From: Vicinamibacteria bacterium
GTDB taxonomy: Bacteria; Acidobacteriota; Vicinamibacteria; Marinacidobacterales; Marinacidobacteraceae
Assembly (NCBI GenBank): GCA_963555995.3
Contig: OY821641.1
Coordinates: forward strand, 928,001 to 992,000
Direction: 5' to 3'
Length of the DNA stretch: 64,000 nucleotides
The notes under the pieces: model-generated
Seen by the model: only the letters and a program-made list of their open reading frames with translations
Database searches by the model: none
Told to the model about the DNA's origin: nothing
Made by a program: the position numbers and the translations under genes
Part shown: piece after piece, positions 1 to 9,685 of the stretch
Numbering within the stretch: position 1 is the stretch's first letter
Layout: the number at the start of each line of letters is the position of its first letter

Positions 1-846
1 ACCGGCAATCTCGACGCCCCGGTGGCGGAGGCGCTCGACGGTTTCGGGGATCCGGGCGCCCGGTACCTCGACGAGGTCGTCCGGGTGCTCGGGGACCTCG
101 CCCGGCGGGTCCGCGACCTGCGCCGCCGCGGGCGGCTGCCGCTCGTGCTCGGCGGCGACCATTCGATGGCGGCCGGGACGGTCTCGGGGATGACGGGGTG
201 TGGGGACCCCGCCGCCGGCGCCGGTGGCCGGACCGAGGAGCTGGGACTCCTCTGGGTGGACGCCCACGCCGACGCCAACACCCCGGACACCTCTCCGAGC
301 GGCAACCTGCACGGGATGCCGGTCGCGGTCCTCTTCGGGCGCGGCCCGGAGGCGCTCGTCCGGGTCGGCGGATTCGCTCCCGGGGCGCGCCGGCTGGATC
401 CGCGGAACGCCGTGCTCATCGGGGTCCGCAGCGTGGACGAGGCGGAGGCGGGGGTGGTCGCCGATCTGGGGGTGCGCGTGTACACCATGGAGGAGGTGGA
501 TCGCCGGGGTTTCGCGACCGTTGTGGACGAGGCGGTCGCCCGCGTGCTCGACGGGACCGACGGGATGCACCTCAGCCTCGACATGGACGGACTCGATCCG
601 GAGATCGCCCCTGGGGTCGGGACCCCCGTCCGGGGCGGACTCAGCTACCGGGAGGCGCACACCCTGATGGAGGCGGTGGCGGAGAGCGGCGGACTCCGGT
701 CGCTCGAGGTGGCGGAGGTGAACCCGATCCGCGACGTCCGCAACCAGACCGCCGAGCTCGCGGTCGAGCTGGTGGCGTCGGCGCTCGGCAAGCGGACGCT
801 GCCGGGGATTGACGGATCCCGGAACCGTTCGGCAGACCCGCGGTGA
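1..846 (+). CDS. rocF: Arginase (ureohydrolase family), 5'-truncated by window edge
   Basis: GGDHS, DAHAD-x-NTP..SPSGNLHGMP, SLDMDGLDP and EVNP motifs; frame open from base 1. Confidence 0.92.
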   Translation, partial: TGNLDAPVAEALDGFGDPGARYLDEVVRVLGDLARRVRDLRRRGRLPLVLGGDHSMAAGTVSGMTGCGDPAAGAGGRTEELGLLWVDAHADANTPDTSPSGNLHGMPVAVLFGRGPEALVRVGGFAPGARRLDPRNAVLIGVRSVDEAEAGVVADLGVRVYTMEEVDRRGFATVVDEAVARVLDGTDGMHLSLDMDGLDPEIAPGVGTPVRGGLSYREAHTLMEAVAESGGLRSLEVAEVNPIRDVRNQTAELAVELVASALGKRTLPGIDGSRNRSADPR

Positions 847-1556
847 TCCTCCACCTGCCGGACGGTGGCTCGGGGACCGTCAGCGCGGCCCTTCACGATC
901 CTGCCACCGCCGCCGGCGCCACCCCGCTGCTCATGCTCACCCACGGCGCCGGCGGGAACCGGGACACGCCCGGGCTCGTCTCGCTGGCCGAGTCGCTGGC
1001 GGCGCGAAACATCCGGATCCTCCGCTTCAATCTGCCGGCGGCGGAAGCCGGACGGCGACGCCCCGACCGGGCGGACCGCGCGATCGCCTGCGTCGCCGCG
1101 GTCGTGGACCGGGCGGCGCGGGAACTGGGCGGCCCTCTCTTCCTCGGCGGCCGCTCCTTCGGCGGGAGGATGGCGTCCCTCCTGCTCGCGGACGAGGGCG
1201 CGTCGGGGCGTCGTCCGGTGGCGGGTCTGGTGCTCCTCGCCTATCCGCTGAAACCGCCGGGCAAGGCCGAGGTTCCACCGGAGCGGATGGGGCACCTCTC
1301 CCGGATCGGCGTCCCCACGCTCTTCGTGAGCGGTGACCGGGATCCCTTCGCGCCGCCGGCCCTGCTGAACCCGGTGGCCGCCGCCGCGGGCGCCGAGGTG
1401 CGCTGGATCGCGGGGGGCGACCACGGGTTCCGGGTGTCGAAAGCGATCCTCACGGAGACCGGACGCACCGCGGCCGCTGTCCGCGACGAGATCGCCGGGA
1501 CGGTGGCGGCGTTCATCGCCGCCACCGCCGCTCCCGGCCCGACCGGCGTCGGGTAG
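843..1556 (+). CDS. Alpha/beta-fold hydrolase (KANL3/Tex30-like)
   Basis: HGAGG, GRSFGGR nucleophile elbow, GDRD and GGDH catalytic motifs; GTGA overlap with arginase stop. Confidence 0.85.
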   Translation: MILHLPDGGSGTVSAALHDPATAAGATPLLMLTHGAGGNRDTPGLVSLAESLAARNIRILRFNLPAAEAGRRRPDRADRAIACVAAVVDRAARELGGPLFLGGRSFGGRMASLLLADEGASGRRPVAGLVLLAYPLKPPGKAEVPPERMGHLSRIGVPTLFVSGDRDPFAPPALLNPVAAAAGAEVRWIAGGDHGFRVSKAILTETGRTAAAVRDEIAGTVAAFIAATAAPGPTGVG

Positions 1557-1568
1557 GGTTTCGCGCCT

Positions 1569-2936
1569 CTACTTCGGTCCGAAAACCCAGGACATCCCGA
1601 TGGTGAAGGTGTTCTGGCTCTTCGAGAGGCCCTCGCCGCAGCCGGAGCAACTGAAGAAGTCGGCGTCCGACCAGTCCCGCCGGTACTCGAGGCGGGCGAG
1701 GAAGCGCGGGTCGTCCACGACCGGCTGGAACTCCAGCGTCAGCGTGTTCTCCATGAGCATCTGCTCCAGCCCGGTGGAGCGCGCCTCGCGGTCGTTCATG
1801 AACTCGTAGCGCTCGGCGATCCGCACCCGGTCGTTCACGTGGAAGCGGAGGTAGCCGCCGAGTCCCCACGAGGTCGCGCTGGTCCCCATCTCGTCCGTCG
1901 CGGAGATGTAGTCCATGTTCACCATGGCCTCCACCCGGTCGGAGAGGCCGGCGTAGGCGTTCCAGCTCAGGTCCCGGAGCCAGCCGTCGTTGGTGCCGGC
2001 GTTCTCGGGTCCGTTGATCCAGGTCAGCGTGGTGTTGAACTGGTCGCTGGGAGCGAGCGACCCCTGGACGCCGTAGGACTTTCCGGTGTTCTGGTCCCAG
2101 GCGTTGTCGAAGCCGTTCACGAGCATCAGGGTCCCGGTGAAGGTATCCGTCAGCGGGATGCCGAGCCGCGCCCCGACGTGCGAGAACGGCTCGTTCCAGG
2201 CCCACAGGATGCCGCGGGTGTAGTTCCAGTTCAGGTGCGATTCGGCGACCTCGAGTCCGGCGATCGTCCCGAAGGCGCCCATGTCGAACTGGGCGCCGTT
2301 CCCGAACCGGTAGTAGCCGTAGGCCTGCTGGACGTACAGGAGGTCCGCCAGCGGTCCGGGCTCGAGGCCGTCGCGGAAGAGGCGCGCCCCGGAACCGAAC
2401 CAGATGTCGGAACGGAACCCGAAGGGGCCGTCGCCGGTGGTCTCGATCTCCAGCTTCAACTGGTTCAGGCCGAATCCCCGGGCGTTCGGGTTCGTGTAGT
2501 AGAGCGTGTTGTTCCCGTCGGCGGGGTCGTTCGTGTTGTGGGTGAAGTAGGTGTCCACCAGGCCGGTGATGGCGAGCGGCTGCCCGCCGGTGCTCGCGAG
2601 GCCCTCGGGCATTGCCCCGGCATCGTCCTGGGCCGCCGGGGCGGGCAGGTCGGACACGGAGGAGGCGCCGGCATCGGCGGCCGCGAGGGCCAGGCCGGGC
2701 GCCGCGTCCGCCGGCGGGACCTCGGCGCCGCGGGACGCCACCAGGGTTGCCAGCAGGACCTCGAGGTCCTCGATCCGCTCGCGCAGGGAATCCAGTTCGC
2801 CGCGGATCTCCGCTTCCAATTCGGCGGTGGTCACCGCGGCGGGTGGCGGAGATTCGCCGGCGAGCAGCGCCGCCGGCGCAGCGAGTCCGCCCACGAGGAT
2901 CGCGACGAAAGCCGCAAGTGTGATTCGCGTCTTCAT
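1569..2936 (-). CDS. Outer-membrane beta-barrel porin (BBP2/OmpL-like) with N-terminal coiled coil
   Basis: Signal peptide MKTRITLAAFVAIL; coiled coil; QQAYG, NWNYTRG, RLEYRRDWSD motifs; terminal beta-strand. Confidence 0.75.
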   Translation of the reverse strand: MKTRITLAAFVAILVGGLAAPAALLAGESPPPAAVTTAELEAEIRGELDSLRERIEDLEVLLATLVASRGAEVPPADAAPGLALAAADAGASSVSDLPAPAAQDDAGAMPEGLASTGGQPLAITGLVDTYFTHNTNDPADGNNTLYYTNPNARGFGLNQLKLEIETTGDGPFGFRSDIWFGSGARLFRDGLEPGPLADLLYVQQAYGYYRFGNGAQFDMGAFGTIAGLEVAESHLNWNYTRGILWAWNEPFSHVGARLGIPLTDTFTGTLMLVNGFDNAWDQNTGKSYGVQGSLAPSDQFNTTLTWINGPENAGTNDGWLRDLSWNAYAGLSDRVEAMVNMDYISATDEMGTSATSWGLGGYLRFHVNDRVRIAERYEFMNDREARSTGLEQMLMENTLTLEFQPVVDDPRFLARLEYRRDWSDADFFSCSGCGEGLSKSQNTFTIGMSWVFGPK

Positions 2937-3009
2937 GATGTTTCCTCCGCCCATCCCGGGCTGCACAAGCGAAAAGTGAGTTGTCCCATCCCCCCGTAGC
3001 CAGACTCGG

Positions 3010-3990
3010 TTAATCCGGGCCTCCGGGGTTTTCGAGGGCGTAGCGGGCCACCGCTTCGTGGGTGGCGTACCAGACGCCGCCGGCCGCGCCCATGTGCTCG
3101 ATCAGCCGTTCCAGCATGGCGATGCGGGAGCGGTGGCCGATGACGTGGGGATGCATGGTGAGCAGGAACATGCCGCCCTCGGCGTGCGCCATGTCGAACT
3201 CGGCCTTCCAGATGGACAGCACGTCGTCGGGCGTGCTGTGCGGACGCAGCGCCGAGTAGCGGCTGAAGCCGAAGTAGGGGGCGTCGTCCAGGATCCACTC
3301 CACCGGGAGCTCCACGACCCCGGTGGGCTCGCCGTTCGCGACGATCTCGTAGGGCCAGTCGTCCGCCATCAGGCTGGAGTCGTAGAGGAAGCCGAGGTCG
3401 CGGACGATCTGCAGCGTGTTCGGGCTGTAGTCCCACGACGGCGTGCGCAGTCCGACCGGGCGCGTTCCGGTCAGTTCGGTGAGGGTCTCGACCGCGCGTT
3501 CGATGAGTTCGCGCTCCACGTCACCGGGGATGAGCGAGTTGCGTTCGTGGATCCAGCCGTGGACGCCGATCTCGTGCCCGTCAGCGACGATTTCGGCCAC
3601 GTCCTCCCGGTAGATCAGCGCGCTCACCGCGGGGATGAAGAACGAAGCGGGGATCTCGTGCCGCCGCAGCAGGTCGAGGACCCGGGGCAGGCCGGCTCTC
3701 GATCCGTACTGCCCCCGGGAGAGAACGGACGCCGAGGTGTTGTTGTCCCGGAGCGACACCGTTTCGTTGTCGAAGTCGAAGGACAGGGCGACCGCGACGC
3801 GGTTCCCGCCCGGCCACTCCGAGGGCGCGAGGCGCCGGCCGGCGCGGACCGCCTCGATCGGCGCCCGCCACTCCGCTTCGGTCCACTCCCAGGGCCGGAC
3901 CTCGGGTTCCTCGACCGCCGGCTGCGGGTTGCAGGCGCCGACCGACACCGGTACGGCGAACAGGAGCCAAGGGAGCACCGAACCACGCAT
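3010..3990 (-). CDS. Polysaccharide deacetylase (CE4, PuuE/PgdA-like) lipoprotein
   Basis: SFDFD, HEIGVHGWIHE, RTPSW, YDSSL, TMHPH motifs; start re-called at ATG 3990 with lipobox VGAC. Confidence 0.85.
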   Translation of the reverse strand: MRGSVLPWLLFAVPVSVGACNPQPAVEEPEVRPWEWTEAEWRAPIEAVRAGRRLAPSEWPGGNRVAVALSFDFDNETVSLRDNNTSASVLSRGQYGSRAGLPRVLDLLRRHEIPASFFIPAVSALIYREDVAEIVADGHEIGVHGWIHERNSLIPGDVERELIERAVETLTELTGTRPVGLRTPSWDYSPNTLQIVRDLGFLYDSSLMADDWPYEIVANGEPTGVVELPVEWILDDAPYFGFSRYSALRPHSTPDDVLSIWKAEFDMAHAEGGMFLLTMHPHVIGHRSRIAMLERLIEHMGAAGGVWYATHEAVARYALENPGGPD

Positions 3991-3998
3991 GGCCCGCG

Positions 3999-4004
3999 AT
4001 TCTA
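3999..4004 (-). promoter_or_regulatory. -10 box TAGAAT 8 nt before ATG (leaderless-type)
   Basis: Sequence seen directly; no SD between box and start. Confidence 0.5.
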
Positions 4005-4086
4005 CGCGGTGCGGTGCGCGCGCGGCCCCCGGTGCGTCCCACGCGCGCCGCCTCCGGCACGGCCCGGCCGGGAGCCTCCCAAACGG

Positions 4087-4092
4087 TAGAAT
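4087..4092 (+). promoter_or_regulatory. -10 box TAGAAT 9 nt before yceD GTG (leaderless-type)
   Basis: Sequence seen directly; divergent from the box at 3999-4004. Confidence 0.5.
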
Positions 4093-4101
4093 GCGGCGCC
4101 C

Positions 4102-4686
4102 GTGGCCGCCCCGCACGATCCCTCCGCCCTGAGCGTCAACCTGGCCGCGGTGCCTTCGCACGGCGCCCGCGTCGCCGTCTCCGCCGCGCGGGAGGCCTTC
4201 GGGTTCCCGGAAGCGGAGTTCGAGATCGTGGGCGGTCTCCGGTTGCGCGGCCGTATTGACCGCCTCGAGCGGGACGGCTTTCGACTGCGGGCGCGGCTCG
4301 GAGGGGAGTTGCGGCTCGAGTGCGTCCGCTGCCTCGGTCCCGTTCCGCTTCCCGTGGACGAGGAGCTCGATCTGGTGTACCTGCCCCGGGTCGCCGAGTC
4401 GGGTGCGCCGGGAAGCGGCGAGCGGGCCCTCGAAGCCTCCGACATGAACGTGTCCTTCTACGACGAGGACCGCCTCGAACTGGCCGAGACGGTCTGGGAG
4501 CAGCTTCACCTGGCCCTGCCGGTCAAACCGCTGTGTTCCTCCGGCTGTCTCGGGCTTTGCAGTTCCTGCGGAGCGGACCGCAACCGGCGCCCCCGGTGCG
4601 GTTGCGACGACAATACCGGCCGTTCCGACCGGAGCGGACTCGGCGCCCTCCGCGATCTGGCGGGCTTCGCGCAGACTCCCGGATAG
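4102..4686 (+). CDS. yceD: DUF177/YceD family protein
   Basis: ECVRCL and KPLCSSGCLGLCSSCG motifs; directly upstream of rpmF. Confidence 0.9.
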   Translation: MAAPHDPSALSVNLAAVPSHGARVAVSAAREAFGFPEAEFEIVGGLRLRGRIDRLERDGFRLRARLGGELRLECVRCLGPVPLPVDEELDLVYLPRVAESGAPGSGERALEASDMNVSFYDEDRLELAETVWEQLHLALPVKPLCSSGCLGLCSSCGADRNRRPRCGCDDNTGRSDRSGLGALRDLAGFAQTPG

Positions 4687-4765
4687 GCACGCGAACAGAA
4701 GCTCCGCGCCGGCCGGCGGCCGGCCGACAACACCATTCCTCCCGTGAACGGACAGGAGAACCGAA

Positions 4766-4948
4766 ATGCCACAACCCAAGAGGCGGCACTCCCGCGGCCG
4801 CCGGAACAACCGGCGTTCCCACGACGGCCTGAAGGCTCCGGGCCTCTCGGTGTGCACCGAGTGCAATCGCCGGATCCGGCCGCATGTGGTCTGCCCGCAT
4901 TGCGGCCACTACAAGGGCAAGAAAGTCATCGAAGTCGGGGACGCGTAA
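4766..4948 (+). CDS. rpmF: 50S ribosomal protein L32
   Basis: PKRRHS..R..RRSH, CxxC..CxxCG.YKG; SD AGGAG upstream. Confidence 0.97.
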   Translation: MPQPKRRHSRGRRNNRRSHDGLKAPGLSVCTECNRRIRPHVVCPHCGHYKGKKVIEVGDA

Positions 4949-4949
4949 G

Positions 4950-5921
4950 TTGAGCCGGACGGCCTTTCTCTTCCCCGGCCAGGGGTCGCAGCGACCGGGC
5001 ATGGGCCGGGCGCTGCGCGACGCCTTCCCGGAGTCGCGGGCGATCTTCGAGGAGGCGGACGACGTTCTCGGGGAACCGCTCTCGACGCTCTGCTTCGAGG
5101 GGCCGGCGGAGGATCTCCGGCGCACCCGGAACACCCAGCCCGCCATGCTCACGGTGAGCGTGGCCGCCTGGCGCGCTGCGGAAGCGCGCGGGGCGGCCCC
5201 CGACATGGCGGCGGGCCACAGCCTCGGCGAGTACTCGGCGCTGGTCGCGCTCGGCGGTCTGGCGTTCGCGGACGCCCTCCGCCTGACCCGACGCCGCGCC
5301 GAGCTCATGCAGCAGGCGGTGCCCGAGGGCGAGGGCGCCATGTCGGCGGTGCTGGGCCTTCCCGCCACCACGGTGACGGCGGTGACGCGCGAGGTCAGCG
5401 CTCGCGGGGGCGGGCTGGTGGCGCCCGCCAACTTCAACGGCCGTTCCCAGACGGTGATCGGGGGCAACGCCGCCGCGGTCGCCGCCGCCGGCCGGGCGCT
5501 CGAGGCGCGCGGCGCGACGCGGGTGATCCCCCTGCCGGTGAGCGCCCCCTTCCACACCCGCCTCATGGAGCCCGCCGCGCGGCGGTTTGCGCCGGAACTC
5601 GACGCCGCGCCCTTCTCCGACCTGTCGGCGCCCCTCTGGACCAACGTGGACGCTGCTCCGGTCCGTACGGGCGCCGAGGCTCGGGAGGCGCTGAAGCGCC
5701 AGGTGGCGTCCCCGGTACGCTGGGAGGAGACCCTGCGGGGGATGGCGGCGGCGGGCGCTTCCGTCTTCCCCGAGATCGGCGAGGGCCGGGTGCTGACCGG
5801 GCTGGTGCGGATGAACCTGCCGGGCGTGGAGGCTTTCGGGGTTTCCGATCGGGATGGGATTGCCCGGCTCCAGGGATTCGCCCACGGCCAGCGCCCCCCG
5901 GTCCGCGGGAGGACGTGGTGA
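4950..5921 (+). CDS. fabD: Malonyl-CoA:ACP transacylase
   Basis: FPGQGSQ, TQPA, GHSLGEY, SAPFHT motifs; TTG start right after rpmF. Confidence 0.95.
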   Translation: MSRTAFLFPGQGSQRPGMGRALRDAFPESRAIFEEADDVLGEPLSTLCFEGPAEDLRRTRNTQPAMLTVSVAAWRAAEARGAAPDMAAGHSLGEYSALVALGGLAFADALRLTRRRAELMQQAVPEGEGAMSAVLGLPATTVTAVTREVSARGGGLVAPANFNGRSQTVIGGNAAAVAAAGRALEARGATRVIPLPVSAPFHTRLMEPAARRFAPELDAAPFSDLSAPLWTNVDAAPVRTGAEAREALKRQVASPVRWEETLRGMAAAGASVFPEIGEGRVLTGLVRMNLPGVEAFGVSDRDGIARLQGFAHGQRPPVRGRTW

Positions 5922-5952
5922 AGGCCCGGGTCCCGGCGGTCGGGGCCGACTG

Positions 5953-6720
5953 ATGGTCTCCGCGGCGCAGGACCCCCGGGCCATGCGGTTCGAGGAACAG
6001 ACCGCGCTGGTCACCGGCGGGACGCGCGGCATCGGCCACGCCATCGCCGCCCGGCTGGCCGACGAGGGAGCGACGGTGTTCCTCACCGGGACCGACGCCG
6101 CCCGCGCGGAGGCCGCGGCCGCCGAACTGGATGCGGGTCGGGGGCGCGTGCACGGCCTGGAGCTGGACCTCACCGATCACGAATCCGTCCGGAGCTGCGT
6201 GGCGACCGCCGGCGCGAACGGCGGGCTGCAGGTCCTGGTCAACAACGCCGGCGTTTCCCGGGACGGGCTGCTCGTGCGCCACTCGGCGGACGCCTGGCGC
6301 GCGATCATGGCCACCAACCTGGACGGCCTCTTCGTTTGCTGCCAGGCGGCGGTCCGCCCTATGATGCGCGCCCGCTACGGTCGGATCGTCAACCTGAGTT
6401 CCATCGTGGGGCTCCGCGGCAATCCGGGCCAGGCCGCCTACGCGACGTCGAAGGCGGGCATCGTCGGCTTCACGAAGTCGCTCGCGAAGGAACTGGCGCG
6501 CCGGAACGTCACCGTGAACGCGGTGGCCCCGGGGCTGGTGGAGACGGACATGACCCGGGAAATGCCCGAGGCGGCCCGGTCCCAGTTCGGGAGCGCCGTC
6601 GCCATGGGTCGTCCCGGATCGCCGGAAGAAGTGGCCGCCGCGGTCGCTTTCCTCGCTTCGGCCGAGGCGAGTTACATCACCGGCGCGGTCCTCGAAGTAA
6701 CCGGAGGACTCGCGCTTTAG
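5953..6720 (+). CDS. fabG: 3-oxoacyl-ACP reductase
   Basis: TGGTRGIG, NNAG, YATSK; fab cluster context; start 5953 or 5983. Confidence 0.93.
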   Translation: MVSAAQDPRAMRFEEQTALVTGGTRGIGHAIAARLADEGATVFLTGTDAARAEAAAAELDAGRGRVHGLELDLTDHESVRSCVATAGANGGLQVLVNNAGVSRDGLLVRHSADAWRAIMATNLDGLFVCCQAAVRPMMRARYGRIVNLSSIVGLRGNPGQAAYATSKAGIVGFTKSLAKELARRNVTVNAVAPGLVETDMTREMPEAARSQFGSAVAMGRPGSPEEVAAAVAFLASAEASYITGAVLEVTGGLAL

Positions 6721-6777
6721 CCCCGCGCCGGCGGATCACCCGGCAGGCGCGGAAGAGCATGGACAGGAGTAAGACCA

Positions 6778-7059
6778 ATGCCCGACAAAGCCAAGGAAGC
6801 GGAAGGCGCTCCGGAGCCGGAAGAGCTCCCGGTGGACGAGCGCGTCCGGGAACTCATCTGCGAACAGCTTTCCGTAGCCCCCGACGAGGTCACGCCGGAG
6901 GCCACCTTCGTGGGCGACCTGAGCGCCGACTCGCTGGATATGGTCGAGCTGATGATGGCGCTCGAGGAGCAGTTCGGGATTGACATCTCGGAGGACCAGG
7001 CGGAACGGATCCAGACCGTCGGCGACGCGGTGGCCTTCATCGAGGCGCGCATGGACTGA
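6778..7059 (+). CDS. acpP: Acyl carrier protein
   Basis: [12 protein letters not shown] phosphopantetheine motif. Confidence 0.96.
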   Translation: MPDKAKEAEGAPEPEELPVDERVRELICEQLSVAPDEVTPEATFVGDLSADSLDMVELMMALEEQFGIDISEDQAERIQTVGDAVAFIEARMD

Positions 7060-7158
7060 GGGAGGGCGAGTCCTGCCCCTCGAACACCGGTCCGTCCTGC
7101 CGCGAACCGCCAGACCGCCAGTGCCGCCCGCGATTCCGCCGCGCGCGTTTCCGCTCCG

Positions 7159-8406
7159 ATGACGACGCGTCGGGTCGTGGTCACGGGGGTGGGCCTCGTG
7201 TCGCCCCTCGGCATCGGAACCCGCGAGACGTGGGACGGTCTGGTCGCGGGCCGTTCCGGCGCCGGCCGCATCACGCGTTTCGACGCCGCCGACTTCTCCT
7301 CGCGGATCGCGTGCGAGGTCAAGGGCTTCGATCCGCTCGACTACGCCGACCGGCGCGACGCGCGCAAGATGGACACCTTCATCCAGTACGCGCTCGCCGC
7401 CTCGCTGTTCGCGGCCGAAGACGCCGGGCTGGAAACCCCGCTCGCGGACCCCGATCGGGTCGGGGTGGTCATCTCCTCGGGAATCGGCGGTTTCGAGACG
7501 ATCGAGCGGGAGCACCGCAAGCTGCTCGAGAAGGGGCCGCGCCGGATCTCTCCCTTCTTCGTCCCGGCGATGGTGGTGAACCTGGCGGCCGGCTGGGTGT
7601 CCATCCGGCTGGGCGCCAGGGGACCCAACTCGGCGATGGCGACGGCGTGTTCCGCCGGCGCCCACGCGGTGGGAGAGGCCTTCCGCCTCGTCCGCCACGG
7701 CCACGCCGACGTCATGGTCGCCGGGGGGGCGGAAGCGACCATCACCCCGATGTGCATCGGCGGCTTCGCCTCGATGAAGGCGCTCTCCACCCGCAACGAC
7801 GAGCCCGAACTCGCATCGCGCCCCTTCGACCGCGACCGGGACGGCTTCGTGGTCGGCGAGGGAGCGGGCATCCTCGTCCTCGAGGAGCGCGAGCAGGCGC
7901 TGGCGCGGGGCGCCTCGCTCTACGCGGAAGTGCTCGGCTACGGCATGAGCGGCGACGCCTTCCACATCACGGCGCCGGCGGAGGATGGGAGCGGTGCGGT
8001 GCGGGTGATGCGGGCGGCGCTCGCCGAAGCGGGAGCCGCCCCGGAAGACGTGGACGCGGTGAACGCGCACGGCACCTCCACGCCCCTGAACGACCGCATC
8101 GAAACGGCCGCCATCCGGCGGGTGTTCGGCGGGCACGCCGACCGGCTCGCGGTCAGTTCCACGAAGTCCATGACCGGGCACCTGCTCGGCGGCGCCGGCG
8201 GACTCGAGGCCGGGATTTCCTGCCTGACGCTGCGCCACCAGACGCTGCCGCCGACGATCAACCACGAGACCCCGGACCCCGACTGCGACCTGGACATCGT
8301 CCCCAACACCGCCCGGCCCGCGACGGTGCGGAGCGTGCTCTCCAACTCCTTCGGGTTCGGTGGCACGAACGTATCCCTGCTGTTCCGGCATCCGGACGAT
8401 TCCTGA
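7159..8406 (+). CDS. fabF: 3-oxoacyl-ACP synthase II
   Basis: RRVVVTG, TACSAG, HGTST, GHLLG, NSFGFGG motifs. Confidence 0.96.
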   Translation: MTTRRVVVTGVGLVSPLGIGTRETWDGLVAGRSGAGRITRFDAADFSSRIACEVKGFDPLDYADRRDARKMDTFIQYALAASLFAAEDAGLETPLADPDRVGVVISSGIGGFETIEREHRKLLEKGPRRISPFFVPAMVVNLAAGWVSIRLGARGPNSAMATACSAGAHAVGEAFRLVRHGHADVMVAGGAEATITPMCIGGFASMKALSTRNDEPELASRPFDRDRDGFVVGEGAGILVLEEREQALARGASLYAEVLGYGMSGDAFHITAPAEDGSGAVRVMRAALAEAGAAPEDVDAVNAHGTSTPLNDRIETAAIRRVFGGHADRLAVSSTKSMTGHLLGGAGGLEAGISCLTLRHQTLPPTINHETPDPDCDLDIVPNTARPATVRSVLSNSFGFGGTNVSLLFRHPDDS

Positions 8407-8413
8407 GCCCGCC

Positions 8414-9427
8414 ATGGACGATCTCTTCCGATACCTGCGGGAGATCGTGGACATCCCGTCGGTGACCGGCGATGAGGAAGCCGTCGCCCGGCGCGTCGCC
8501 GCGGACCTCGAAGCCGTCGGACTCGACGTCGAGTTCGACGAGGCCGCCCCGGGCCGGCCGAACCTGATCGCGCGCGCCGGGGCCGGCCCGACGCGGCTCT
8601 GGTACTGCACCCATCTGGACACGGTGCCCCCCTTCTTCCCGTCGAGCGAGACCGAAACGCACATCGCCGGGCGGGGTTCCTGCGACGCCAAGGGCATCCT
8701 GGCGGCGATGCTCTTCGCGGCCCGCCGGCTCCGGGAGGACGGCGTCTCCGGGTTCGGAATGGCCTTCACCGTCGGGGAGGAGGTGGACAGCGCCGGCGCC
8801 ATCCACCTCGAGGCGCGCGGCCCCGGCGGCCCGGCGGAAGGTGTCCACCTGGTGTGCGGCGAGCCCACCGAGGGGTTCATGGCGAGCGGCCACAAGGGCA
8901 CGCTCCGGGTCCGGATCCGGGCGCGCGGGAAGGCGGCCCATTCGGCCTATCCCGAGGCGGGCGACTCCGCGATCCACCGCCTGCTCGCGATGATCGCCCA
9001 TCTCCAGTCGCTCGACTGGGGAACGAGCGACGTGCTCGGCCCGGCGACCCTGAACGTGGGAATCATCGCGGGCGGGGTCGCGGGGAACGTGCTCGCCCCT
9101 GCCGCCGAGGCCACCCTCTACTGGCGGCTCGTCGGGGAGGCGGAACCGGTCCGGCGCCGCCTCGAAGGCATCCTCGCCGCCGACGCCGACCTCAGCTACG
9201 AGCACGTCGGCCAGAACGACGCCGTCTTCTGCCGGACGCTCCCCGGCTTCCAGGTGGCTCCGATGTCCTATTCGACCGACATCCCCTTCATGCCCTCCTG
9301 GGGAACCCCGTTGCTCATCGGCCCGGGCAGCATCCACGACGCCCACACCGCCCACGAGCACGTGCTGAAGAGCGACCTGGTGGACGCCGTCGGCTACTAC
9401 CAGAAGATCGCCCACGAACTCCTCTAG
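8414..9427 (+). CDS. M20/ArgE-like metallopeptidase/deacylase
   Basis: HLDTVP, GRGSCDAKG, GEE, GEPT, AH..HE motifs. Confidence 0.85.
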   Translation: MDDLFRYLREIVDIPSVTGDEEAVARRVAADLEAVGLDVEFDEAAPGRPNLIARAGAGPTRLWYCTHLDTVPPFFPSSETETHIAGRGSCDAKGILAAMLFAARRLREDGVSGFGMAFTVGEEVDSAGAIHLEARGPGGPAEGVHLVCGEPTEGFMASGHKGTLRVRIRARGKAAHSAYPEAGDSAIHRLLAMIAHLQSLDWGTSDVLGPATLNVGIIAGGVAGNVLAPAAEATLYWRLVGEAEPVRRRLEGILAADADLSYEHVGQNDAVFCRTLPGFQVAPMSYSTDIPFMPSWGTPLLIGPGSIHDAHTAHEHVLKSDLVDAVGYYQKIAHELL

Positions 9428-9510
9428 CTGGAGCGCCGGGAGCGCCGGCCAGTTGCTGCGAAAATGCGGTCTCGCCGGGACGTCCGTGAGCGCAGGTTGC
9501 GCCGCCGGCT

Positions 9511-9673
9511 GGGAGCGCCGGTCTTCAGACCGGCACGCGCTGCGCCAGAGCGCAGCGCACCGCACGACGCCGACCTGCGCGGTGGCGTTCTGCTTTCGAT
9601 TCATCAACGCGAACGGTGACACGACATCCGCGGGCCTTCGGCCCGCGGTGCCGGTCTGAAGACCGGCGCTCCC
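9511..9673. repeat. REPIN-like element: inverted pair of 26-bp REP hairpin units
   Basis: GGGAGCGCCGGTCTTCAGACCGGCAC (9511-9536) and its exact reverse complement (9648-9673); homologous to 27443-27604. Confidence 0.85.
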
Positions 9674-9685
9674 GCTCCGCCCCCA

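Noticed and set aside
3010-4866. 618-aa deacetylase fusion ORF
   Set aside because: N-terminal half is antisense to yceD/rpmF; signal peptide and -10 box support a start at 3990
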